Assembly: GCA_963793865.1 (NCBI GenBank)
Contig: CAWCBP010000014.1
Coordinates: 275,069-339,068 of the forward strand
DNA length: 64,000 nucleotides
From: an uncultured delta proteobacterium
Lineage (GTDB): Bacteria > Desulfobacterota > WTBG01
Reading direction: 5' to 3'
Within the stretch, counting starts at the first letter, position 1, and each line of letters opens with the position of its first letter. Shown here piece by piece: positions 23,096-31,397 of this stretch. The notes under the pieces were generated by a model. It ran no database searches and had not been told where the DNA came from. It saw only the letters and a list, made by a program, of their open reading frames with translations. Both the position numbers and the translations under genes were made by a program.

Positions 23096-25006
23096 ATGCG
23101 TGAGACAATGAAGCGAAAGAAGGATGTGAGAGTCTATTTTATCGGGGCGGGGCCCGGCGATCCGGAACTCCTGACCGTCAAAGGGAGACGCATCATCAGC
23201 AAGGCGGATGTGATTATCTATGCCGGCTCCCTGATACATCCCCGCATCGTGTCCCTGAAGAAAAAGGGGGCCGCCTCGTATGACAGCGCCTCCATGAACC
23301 TTCGTGAGATGCTGTCTATCATGGTACGGGAAGCAGGGCGCGGAAGGACGATAGCCCGTATACATTCCGGCGATCCCGCGCTGTACGGCGCCATCCGGGA
23401 GCAGATGATTCGCCTTGAGAGAAAGAAGATTCCCTACGAGGTCATTCCCGGTGTGAGTTCGGTTTTTGCGGCTGCCGCTGCCTTGAAACGGGAGCTTACG
23501 GTGCCGGAGCTGGCGCAGAGCGTGATCCTCACCCGGGTGAGCGGGCGGACCACGGTGCCGGACCGGGAGTCGTTGACCAGGCTTGCCCGGTCGCAGTCCA
23601 CCATGGCCATTTTTCTGAGCGCCGATCAGATTGAAAGGGTGGCAAAAGAACTGCGCACAGCCTACCCTGCGGCTACCCCGGTGGCGGTAGTATACCGGGC
23701 AAGCTGGCCTGACGAGAAGATCATCACCGGGACGCTGGCAACCATCGCCTCCCGGGTGAAGAGAGCGGCCATCACGCGCCATGCGCTGATACTGGTGGGC
23801 AGGGCGCTGGGCGACGAGAAAACCGGATCGCCGTCTTCAAAGCTCTATGATGAAACGTTTACCCACGGCTTCAGGGAGGCCGGGGACGGCAGGCGGGGGA
23901 AGCTGGCGGTCCTGGCATTGACCAGGCAGGGCGCCGGGCTTGGCAGGGTCATCGCTCAGGGGCTGCCCGGCGCTCACCTGTATGTGCCGGCCGGGCTGCG
24001 CGTGAGAGCCGCCGGGGTGAGGGCGTTTAACCAGGACCTGCCCGCCGTGTTTGCCCGACTGACACGTGATTACAGCGGGATCATCTGCGTCATGGCTGCA
24101 GGGATTGTGGTGAGGACCATCAGCCCGTTCCTTGCACACAAGGCCAGTGATCCGGCAGTGGTGGTGATTGATGAGAAGGGGCGGTTTGCCGTAAGCCTGG
24201 TCGCCGGACACCTGGGCGGGGCGAATGAACTGGCTTCGAGAGTTGCCGCCCTTACCGGCGGGGAGCCGGTGATAACCACCGCCACCGATGTGCAGGGAGT
24301 GTTTGCCCTGGACCTTCTGGCAAAACGGCTCAAGTGCAGGGGACTGGATTTTGCCATGCTTAAGAAATGCAGCTATGACCTGCTGCACGGGAAGAAGGTT
24401 GGCGTATACCCCGCGATACTGAAATCAGCCATCCCCGCGGGTGAGCAGCGCGGCATCAGGTTTTACAAATCAATACAGCGATTGCTTGCCTCCCGCTGCC
24501 ACTGCAAGGTGGTGGTGAATAACCGGGCAATTGCAGCCGGCGCACGGGGCAAAAAAAGCGGTGCGGTTATTCATCTGCGGCCCGGGAATCTGGTGGTGGG
24601 TATCGGCTGCAACCGGCACACACCGTACGGTGAGATTGAGGATGCAGTGACCGGGTGCCTGGAACGCGCCGGATGCTCACTTCAGTCCGTGTCGCGGATC
24701 GCGACCGTTTCCAACAAGGCTGATGAAAGAGGTCTTCTGACGTTTGTGCGCAATCACGGCTTCGCGCTCGACGTGTTTTCGCCCGCGCGCCTGAACCGCG
24801 TTCCCTGTCCCACGCCGTACTCGCCACATGTCATGAAAGCGGTGGGGAGCGGGGGGGTGTGTGAACCGGCGGCGCTTCTGAGCGCCGGGGTCAAGAATTT
24901 GCTCTGTCCCAAGCAGAAGAAAGGCAATGTGACAGTGGCCGTCGCCGAGATACCGCTGGAGCGGATGCTGGAAGAGGGAAGCGGGGAGGGAGTGAAGCCC
25001 AAATGA
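23096..25006 (+). CDS. cbiF-cbiG: Fused precorrin-4 C11-methyltransferase (CbiF/CobM) and cobalt-precorrin-5A hydrolase (CbiG)
   Basis: N-terminal GAGPGDPELLT, RIHSGDP, SKLYDETFTHGFR; C-terminal DPAVVVIDE, GHLGGAN, ITTATD, GIGCNR, GVCEPAAL. Confidence 0.93.
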   Translation: MRETMKRKKDVRVYFIGAGPGDPELLTVKGRRIISKADVIIYAGSLIHPRIVSLKKKGAASYDSASMNLREMLSIMVREAGRGRTIARIHSGDPALYGAIREQMIRLERKKIPYEVIPGVSSVFAAAAALKRELTVPELAQSVILTRVSGRTTVPDRESLTRLARSQSTMAIFLSADQIERVAKELRTAYPAATPVAVVYRASWPDEKIITGTLATIASRVKRAAITRHALILVGRALGDEKTGSPSSKLYDETFTHGFREAGDGRRGKLAVLALTRQGAGLGRVIAQGLPGAHLYVPAGLRVRAAGVRAFNQDLPAVFARLTRDYSGIICVMAAGIVVRTISPFLAHKASDPAVVVIDEKGRFAVSLVAGHLGGANELASRVAALTGGEPVITTATDVQGVFALDLLAKRLKCRGLDFAMLKKCSYDLLHGKKVGVYPAILKSAIPAGEQRGIRFYKSIQRLLASRCHCKVVVNNRAIAAGARGKKSGAVIHLRPGNLVVGIGCNRHTPYGEIEDAVTGCLERAGCSLQSVSRIATVSNKADERGLLTFVRNHGFALDVFSPARLNRVPCPTPYSPHVMKAVGSGGVCEPAALLSAGVKNLLCPKQKKGNVTVAVAEIPLERMLEEGSGEGVKPK

Positions 25007-25224
25007 CAAAGTTCAAATGACAAATGAAAACAGACAAATTCCAAATGACAAAGAGCTCGGGAAGATACATTCAACACACAAAACTCTACATCTTCATCAA
25101 ATTCTAATGACCATAAACCGTTCCGGTAGGAGCGGCTTTTAGCCGCGAACGTAACCCGGGGTTTGGAACATTTGACATTTGGATTTGGGATTTGTTTGGG
25201 ATTTAGTGCTTGGGATTTTGAAAT
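25002..25224. repeat. Degenerate 7-nt-period repeat tracts in inverted orientation flanking a REP
   Basis: AAATGAC/AAATTCC units at 25002-25052 and TTTGGGA/TTTGACA units at 25162-25224. Confidence 0.65.
25123..25148 (+). repeat. REP family A (CCGGTAGGAGCGGCTTTTAGCCGCGA), copy 1 of 5
   Basis: GTAG foot plus GCGGCT-AGCCGC palindrome; near-identical copies at 27873, 40810, 44134 and 45997. Confidence 0.85.
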
Positions 25225-25279
25225 TGTATCTTGTTAAAAGCAACGAGACTGCCGTTAACCCTCATCGGACTACTGCCAC

Positions 25280-26038
25280 ATGAAACTTGGCAAACCCTCA
25301 AAAGGCATTCTCTTCCTGGTGGGCATCGGTCCCGGTGACCACAGGGATATGACCGCCCGCGCCATTGCGGTGCTGAGAAACTGCGATGCCGTGGCCGGCT
25401 ACAGCCGCTATATTGACCTGGTAGCGCCCTTCATTGAGGGGAAGGAGGTGATTTCCTCAGGCATGTCCGGGGAAATCGAGCGCTGTTCACGGGCAATTGC
25501 CGCGGCCTGCGGCGGGAAGAACGTGGCGCTCATATCCAGCGGGGATTCCGGCGTGTACGGCATGGCGGGCCTGGCGCTGCAGCTGCTGGCGAAGAAAAAG
25601 CTCCGGCGGAAGATTGCGGTCGAGGTTGTTCCGGGGGTCCCGGTCATCAATGCCGCGGCGGCCCGCTTCGGTGCCCCGCTGATGAATGACTACGCGGTCA
25701 TTTCCTTAAGCGACCTCCTGACCCCCTGGGAGGTCATTGTAAAGCGGCTCACCCATGCGGCACAGTCCGACATGGTCATCTGCCTCTACAACCCCAAAAG
25801 TGCGAAAAGGAACCGGCAGATTAAAGAGGCGCAGTCGCTGCTGCTCACCTGCCGGGGAAAGAACACACCGGTCGGCATCGCGCGGAATCTCGGAAGGAAG
25901 GGAGAATCGGTGAGGCTCACCACGTTAGGGCGAATGCTCCGCTGCAGGATTGATATGCTGACCGTGATCATCATCGGCAACAGCAGCACCACCCTTTGCG
26001 ACCAGGCCATGATAACCCCCCGGGGCTACAGACTATAG
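25280..26038 (+). CDS. cobJ: Precorrin-3B C17-methyltransferase (CbiH/CobJ)
   Basis: VGIGPG, SSGDSGVYGMAG, ISLSDLLTPW, YNPKS, ITPRGY. Confidence 0.95.
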   Translation: MKLGKPSKGILFLVGIGPGDHRDMTARAIAVLRNCDAVAGYSRYIDLVAPFIEGKEVISSGMSGEIERCSRAIAAACGGKNVALISSGDSGVYGMAGLALQLLAKKKLRRKIAVEVVPGVPVINAAAARFGAPLMNDYAVISLSDLLTPWEVIVKRLTHAAQSDMVICLYNPKSAKRNRQIKEAQSLLLTCRGKNTPVGIARNLGRKGESVRLTTLGRMLRCRIDMLTVIIIGNSSTTLCDQAMITPRGYRL

Positions 26039-26067
26039 GTGCAGTTATTTGTAATGGCAGCTCCGGG

Positions 26068-26817
26068 TTATATCTGGCTGGTGCTGAACAGCAGCGTCCC
26101 TATGAGGGTGGTAACTGCCCCGAAAACAGTCAGGGCACAAAGGCTTATCCAGATGGGAAAGGCAGCGGTATTAACCAGGCAGAAGCGGAGGGCATCCACC
26201 CCGTAGGTCAGCGGATCCACATACACCAGCCACTTGAGCCACTCCGGCAGCCGGTCGAGGGGAAAAAATGCCCCGGAGAGAAAGAAAACCGGCATTATTA
26301 CGAAATTCATGATCAGGGAAAACCCGTGGAAGTCCTTCATGCGGCTTGAAAAGGCTATGCCCAGGAGCACGAATCCCACGGCTATCAGCACCATTACCGT
26401 GATCAGAAGCGCAAATTTTGCGGGGCCGGGAAAGGGGATGCCCATTGCAAAGCAGACTGCCAGGAAAAGCAGCGCCTGAGCCATGGAAGTGGTTACCCCG
26501 CCCAGGGCCTTGCCGAGAATAATGGATGTCCGGGAGATGGGCGCGACCAGGATTTCTTTCAGAAAGCCGAACTGCCTGTCCCAGATGATCATAATCCCGA
26601 AGGAGATGGATGAGAAGAGCAGCACCATGCCGATCATCCCCGGCGCCAGAAATTCACTGTACTTTAAACCGCCCATGGTAAACACGGGGTTGAGGCCGCT
26701 GCCGATGATGATCAGGATGAGGGAGGGAAAGGCAAGGCTTCCGATGATCCTGCTTTTCGAGCGCAGAAAGCGCTTGATTTCCCTCAGCCAGAGTATGTAA
26801 ACCGCGTCCAGATTCAT
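26068..26817 (-). CDS. ABC-2 permease (DrrB-like)
   Basis: DRQFGFLKEILVAP, FFLSGAFFP, DPLTYGVDALR. Confidence 0.92.
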   Translation of the reverse strand: MNLDAVYILWLREIKRFLRSKSRIIGSLAFPSLILIIIGSGLNPVFTMGGLKYSEFLAPGMIGMVLLFSSISFGIMIIWDRQFGFLKEILVAPISRTSIILGKALGGVTTSMAQALLFLAVCFAMGIPFPGPAKFALLITVMVLIAVGFVLLGIAFSSRMKDFHGFSLIMNFVIMPVFFLSGAFFPLDRLPEWLKWLVYVDPLTYGVDALRFCLVNTAAFPIWISLCALTVFGAVTTLIGTLLFSTSQI

Positions 26818-27791
26818 CGCTCCCTGCTCCTTCTTCTGATTCGAATGTCCTCGGCCCAGCTGGATTCCTCTTCCCGGATGGTTTTCCCGGTGAAGTGCAG
26901 GAAGACATCCTCCAGGGTGGGCTTGTGGATGGTGACGGATTCAATGTTTATTGACTGTGCCTGGGCGATGCTCATAAGAGAGGAGAGCTTTTGATCCGCC
27001 TCATCGACGGTGAGGTGAACGACGCCGTCGCGCCGGATGACCGTTTTTATCCAGGGCTCCACGGGGTGAAAGTCGTCGTCTGTCTTGACCGAGATGACTT
27101 CACCCCCCACATTCCTTTTAAGCTGCGCGGGGGTATCTATGGCGGCAATTTTGCCCCGGTCGATGATGGCTACCCGGTTGCAGAGCGTATCCGCTTCATC
27201 CATGTAGTGGGTGGTCAGGATAATGGTGATGCGGGTGGTGCTGTTCAACTTCCGTATGTATTCCCAGATGTGTCTCCTGGTCTGGGGATCGAGCCCCAGG
27301 GTGGGTTCATCAAGAAAAAGCACCCGGGGCTGGTGGAGCAGCCCGCGGGCAATCTCCAGGCGTCTCTTCATGCCGCCGGAAAAATTTTTGACCAGGATGC
27401 CTTTCTTGTCGGTCAGCTCAACCAGGCTGAGGAGCTCCTGCATTTTTTCCTTCCTGGTGTCCCGGCCTATGTGATACAGCCGCCCGTGCAGGTCTAGGTT
27501 TTCGAAGGCGGTGAGCTGGTCATCCAGGCTTGGATCCTGGAAGACAATCCCTATGCTCCTGCGCACGGCATCCTTTTCCCTCCGCACATCATGGCCGCAC
27601 ACGGTGGCCGTCCCCGATGTGGGCTTCAGCAGGGTGCACAGGATGTTTAAGATGGTGGTTTTGCCCGCCCCGTTGGGACCGAGCAGGCCGAAGATTTCCC
27701 CCTCGTTGATGGCCAGGGTTACGCCGTCTACTGCCTTGACTTCCTTGAAGTATTTTTTTAAATCCCGAAGCTCAATAACCGGAGCACTCAT
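26814..27791 (-). CDS. ABC ATP-binding protein (DrrA-like)
   Basis: GPNGAGKT, FSGGMKRRLEIARG, FLDEPT, PTLEDVFL; likely start MSAPVI. Confidence 0.93.
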   Translation of the reverse strand: MSAPVIELRDLKKYFKEVKAVDGVTLAINEGEIFGLLGPNGAGKTTILNILCTLLKPTSGTATVCGHDVRREKDAVRRSIGIVFQDPSLDDQLTAFENLDLHGRLYHIGRDTRKEKMQELLSLVELTDKKGILVKNFSGGMKRRLEIARGLLHQPRVLFLDEPTLGLDPQTRRHIWEYIRKLNSTTRITIILTTHYMDEADTLCNRVAIIDRGKIAAIDTPAQLKRNVGGEVISVKTDDDFHPVEPWIKTVIRRDGVVHLTVDEADQKLSSLMSIAQAQSINIESVTIHKPTLEDVFLHFTGKTIREEESSWAEDIRIRRRSRER

Positions 27792-27872
27792 AGCGGCACG
27801 CGAGGGTGAAAGTAAAAGGTTTAGATTATTACAGGCCCGAATCTGAGAATTTTCTCTCAGAAACATTGGCAC

Positions 27873-27923
27873 CCGGTAGGAGCGGCTTTAAGCCGCGAAT
27901 TATCGCGCCTGAAGGCGCTCCTA
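27873..27923. repeat. REP family A inverted doublet
   Basis: GTAGGAGCGGCTTTAAGCCGCGA followed by the inverted partner TCGCGCCTGAAGGCGCTCCTA. Confidence 0.8.
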
Positions 27924-28138
27924 TCGAAATTTCAGATACCTTTGTTTAGCAGTTCAGGCCAAACAACATGCACACACTAGCATAAACAAGGAATGCGGTT
28001 CAAGTGAAAAAGTGAAACCGGGCTTGACAATGATATATGGTTAGTATAAAAACAGTTAGCGTACGAATTAAATTGATAGATGTACCGCGTACGATGAACC
28101 CGGGCAGGATTTGATGCTGCCGAAAAAGAGGAGGAGCC

Positions 28139-29779
28139 ATGCTTCACAAAAGAAAACACGGCCGGAAAAACACAGCAGGGTGTTTGGGAATAACCTTCGC
28201 TGCGGCAGCTCTGTGCATCTGCCTGGTGGCCATGCCGTTGCCGGCATCAGCCCAGGATGCGCCGGTGCCGGACCTCATCCGCGTTGAAGGGAACGCCATC
28301 AAGCTTCCTCTGCAGAGCGTTATGATCCTCGCGCTGAAGAACAATCTGCAAATCGCCTTTCAGAGCCTGGCGCCGGACATTTCCGAGACGGAGATCATGC
28401 GCGAGGAATCGTTCTATGATCCCGACTTTTCGCTTCAGTACGGCAAGACCAGGAGCGTCCAGCAGGTGGGTAATTTCCTGACCGGTGCCGGCGCGGACAG
28501 CGTCTATCAGCAGGCCTGGGATCTGAAGATGGGTGTGATGAAGCAGTTTGTGACAGGCACGTCGGCAGAGCTCAAGTGGAACGCCACTGATTCGAAGACC
28601 GATTTCACCTTTCAGCAGCTGGTTCCCCAGTACAAATCGGACCTTACCCTCAATCTCACCCAGCCGCTGCTCAAGGATTTCGGCATCGAGATCGGCGAGA
28701 GCATGATCAAAATCGCCAATCTTAACTTTGAAATCTCCCAGTACGAGTTTAAAAACCAGGTCATGGAGATACTCAACGGGATTGAAAAATTCTACTGGTC
28801 GCTCTATTTCCAGATAAAGGATTATGAGGCGCGCCAGAAGTCCCTCAAGGCGGCCGAGGACCTGCTTCGGGAATTTAAAATCAGGATAGATGCCGGGACC
28901 CTTGCCCCCATTGAGATTTACCAGGCTGAGGCCGAGGTGGCGGAACGGAAGCAGGACCTGATCGTTGCGGCGGATCTGGTTAAGGACACCGAAGACCGCC
29001 TGAAAACATCCTTGAATTTTTACGATAAGCAGGAGTACTGGGATGTGGAGATCATTCCCGCCGACGACCCGCGTTCCGGTCCGGTCTCCGTGGATTTTAC
29101 GCAAAGCCTTCAGGAAGCATTCACCTACCGTCCCGATTATATCCAGGCCAAGATGGATATAGAGGCTCGGAACATCATGGTTAAATACACCAAGAACCAG
29201 ACGCTCCCCCGGGTAGACCTGTTCGGCACGCTCGGGACCATGGGGCTTGCCGGCCGCGGCAACCCTGATGCAGCCAGTATTGGCGGCGGGGGAGGGCTCG
29301 GCGGTAAAAAAAACCTTGCCGACACCCGATGGAATGATGTGGCGGACAGCATGGCTTCGGGCGATTACTATAATTATGCGGCCGGGGTGAAAATTCAATT
29401 TCCCTTCGGCAACCGTTTTGCAAAGAGCCAGTATTCCAGGGCCAAGATCGAATCCGCCCGTGCTGCGACCTTATTGAAGGACGTGGAAAATAACGTCATC
29501 AATGATGTGAGAGGGGCGGTGCGGCAGATTGATACCGACATAAAGCGGATTGAAGCGGCGCGGGCAACCATGCGGCTGGCCGATGAGCGATTGAAGGCCG
29601 AGGAGAAAAAGTACGCGGTGGGGCTTGCCACCACCCACGATCTGCTGGAATTTCAGGATGAGCTGGCCAACGCCGAAAGCAGGTATGCATTTGCAAAGGC
29701 CGCGTATGAACAAAATCTGGCCGACCTTGCCAAGGTTAAAGGTGTGTTGCTCGAAACCTACAACATTACCATAGATTAA
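28139..29779 (+). CDS. TolC family outer-membrane protein
   Basis: Signal peptide, LTQPLLKDFG, duplicated helical OEP repeats, GLATTHDLL; first gene of an RND operon. Confidence 0.88.
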   Translation: MLHKRKHGRKNTAGCLGITFAAAALCICLVAMPLPASAQDAPVPDLIRVEGNAIKLPLQSVMILALKNNLQIAFQSLAPDISETEIMREESFYDPDFSLQYGKTRSVQQVGNFLTGAGADSVYQQAWDLKMGVMKQFVTGTSAELKWNATDSKTDFTFQQLVPQYKSDLTLNLTQPLLKDFGIEIGESMIKIANLNFEISQYEFKNQVMEILNGIEKFYWSLYFQIKDYEARQKSLKAAEDLLREFKIRIDAGTLAPIEIYQAEAEVAERKQDLIVAADLVKDTEDRLKTSLNFYDKQEYWDVEIIPADDPRSGPVSVDFTQSLQEAFTYRPDYIQAKMDIEARNIMVKYTKNQTLPRVDLFGTLGTMGLAGRGNPDAASIGGGGGLGGKKNLADTRWNDVADSMASGDYYNYAAGVKIQFPFGNRFAKSQYSRAKIESARAATLLKDVENNVINDVRGAVRQIDTDIKRIEAARATMRLADERLKAEEKKYAVGLATTHDLLEFQDELANAESRYAFAKAAYEQNLADLAKVKGVLLETYNITID

Positions 29780-29785
29780 CCACAT

Positions 29786-30259
29786 ATGGCGGCAACGGAC
29801 AAAAAATCCCTGAGAATATCGGAATTTGATAAAACCGATCAGCTCATGGCCCGGCTTCACCGGTCATTGCGGCGGAACTACGACCGGCAGCTTAAAAGCT
29901 TCGGACTGACCCCCTGTCAGTTTGAGGTGCTCTTGACCCTCTGGTCGGAGGACGGCATCGTGCTCGGTGAACTGCGCCGTCGGGTATCGCGGGACGGCCC
30001 GACCATCACCGGGGTGGTGGACAGGATGGAGAAAAAAATGCTGGTTAAGCGGATGCGGGATTCTCATGACCGCAGGGTGGTGAAGGTGCATCTCACCTCC
30101 AAAGGGGAAAACATGAAGGAAGAACTTTCGAGAACCAAGAAGCTGGTCATAGAGAAGATCACAAAAAGTCTTTCATTGAAGGAAATGAACTCGCTGGTCG
30201 TCCTGATGGAAAAAATGATGCGCAATGTGGAGCGCGAAGGGCTCGTGCACTGGCGGTAA
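29786..30259 (+). CDS. MarR family regulator
   Basis: GLTPCQFEVL, TITGVVDRMEKK, DRRVVKVHLT. Confidence 0.93.
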   Translation: MAATDKKSLRISEFDKTDQLMARLHRSLRRNYDRQLKSFGLTPCQFEVLLTLWSEDGIVLGELRRRVSRDGPTITGVVDRMEKKMLVKRMRDSHDRRVVKVHLTSKGENMKEELSRTKKLVIEKITKSLSLKEMNSLVVLMEKMMRNVEREGLVHWR

Positions 30260-30284
30260 ACAGGAGGGAGGTTAAAGGTTTTCC

Positions 30285-31388
30285 ATGAGAATGAAACTGA
30301 TTGTAGCACTGGTCATAGGTATCATCGTGGCAGCGGTGCTGTTCATGCGGGGGAAGGACACGCACAATGCAGAATCCGTCCCGGGCACCGCGGAACAGGC
30401 CAAAAATTTCCCGGTCGAGGTCGCCAAGCCGGTTTTTGAGGAGGTTGAGCACACCCTGGATGCGGTCGGGAGCTTCTTTCCCGAGGACGAGGTGACTGTC
30501 GGCTCAGAGGTGGACGGCATCATCAAACGGCTGCTGGTGGATGAGGGGTCCACGGTTAAGCAGGGTGACCTGCTGCTGGAGATAGACGATGAAAAGCTCC
30601 GCCTGGAAGTGGAAGAGAGCGAAGCCATGCTCAGAGAGGGACGGGCCAGGCTCGAGCACTCGCAGGCCACCTTCAAGCGCATGAACAGCCTTTTTGACCA
30701 GGGGGTTATCGGTCAGCAGGAGCTTGATGACGCCAGGAACCAGGAACTCATGAACCGGGCAGGGCTGGAAAACACCCAGGCCAAACTCTCCAGGTTTAAA
30801 AAGGAGCTTGGCGACACCAGGGTGCTTGCGCCCATGGACGGCGTGGTAAGCGAGCGGATGGTTTCGGCAGGTGAGTATGTGAAGACAGGGGCATCTCTTT
30901 TCAAGATCGTGGATGCCAATCCGCTCAAGCTTGCCTTCACCCTGCCGGAAAAAAACACCGGTGCGATCAGGACAGGACAAAAAGTCCGGGTCACCACCAG
31001 GGTCTATGCGGATCAAATGTTTGAGGGGGAGGTTTATTTTATTAATCCCAAGGTGGAAGCGGAAACCCGGACCATTGAAGTAAAGGCCCGGGTTGATAAC
31101 AGCGAATACAAACTGCGGCCCGGCTACTTTGTGGATGTGAAGGTCCTGCTGGGAAGGCAAAGGTCCCTTGTCCTGCCCGAGAGCGCGGTTCTGGTAAGGG
31201 AAGGAAGTGTCGTGGTCATGGCGGTAGCAGGGGGGGTCATATCATACAAGAGGGTTGCACCCGGCGTGCGCTTCAGCGGAAAAGTGGAAATTCTTGAAGG
31301 CATTACACCGGAGGACGACATTGTTGTTTCCGGCCGGAGTGAAATAACCGAGGGGACCAGGGTTACCATCGTCTCCTCGCCGTCGTAG
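30285..31388 (+). CDS. RND periplasmic adaptor
   Basis: V.SEVDG, VKQGDLL, APMDGVV, LRPGYFV. Confidence 0.92.
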   Translation: MRMKLIVALVIGIIVAAVLFMRGKDTHNAESVPGTAEQAKNFPVEVAKPVFEEVEHTLDAVGSFFPEDEVTVGSEVDGIIKRLLVDEGSTVKQGDLLLEIDDEKLRLEVEESEAMLREGRARLEHSQATFKRMNSLFDQGVIGQQELDDARNQELMNRAGLENTQAKLSRFKKELGDTRVLAPMDGVVSERMVSAGEYVKTGASLFKIVDANPLKLAFTLPEKNTGAIRTGQKVRVTTRVYADQMFEGEVYFINPKVEAETRTIEVKARVDNSEYKLRPGYFVDVKVLLGRQRSLVLPESAVLVREGSVVVMAVAGGVISYKRVAPGVRFSGKVEILEGITPEDDIVVSGRSEITEGTRVTIVSSPS

Positions 31389-31397
31389 GAGGGCAGG

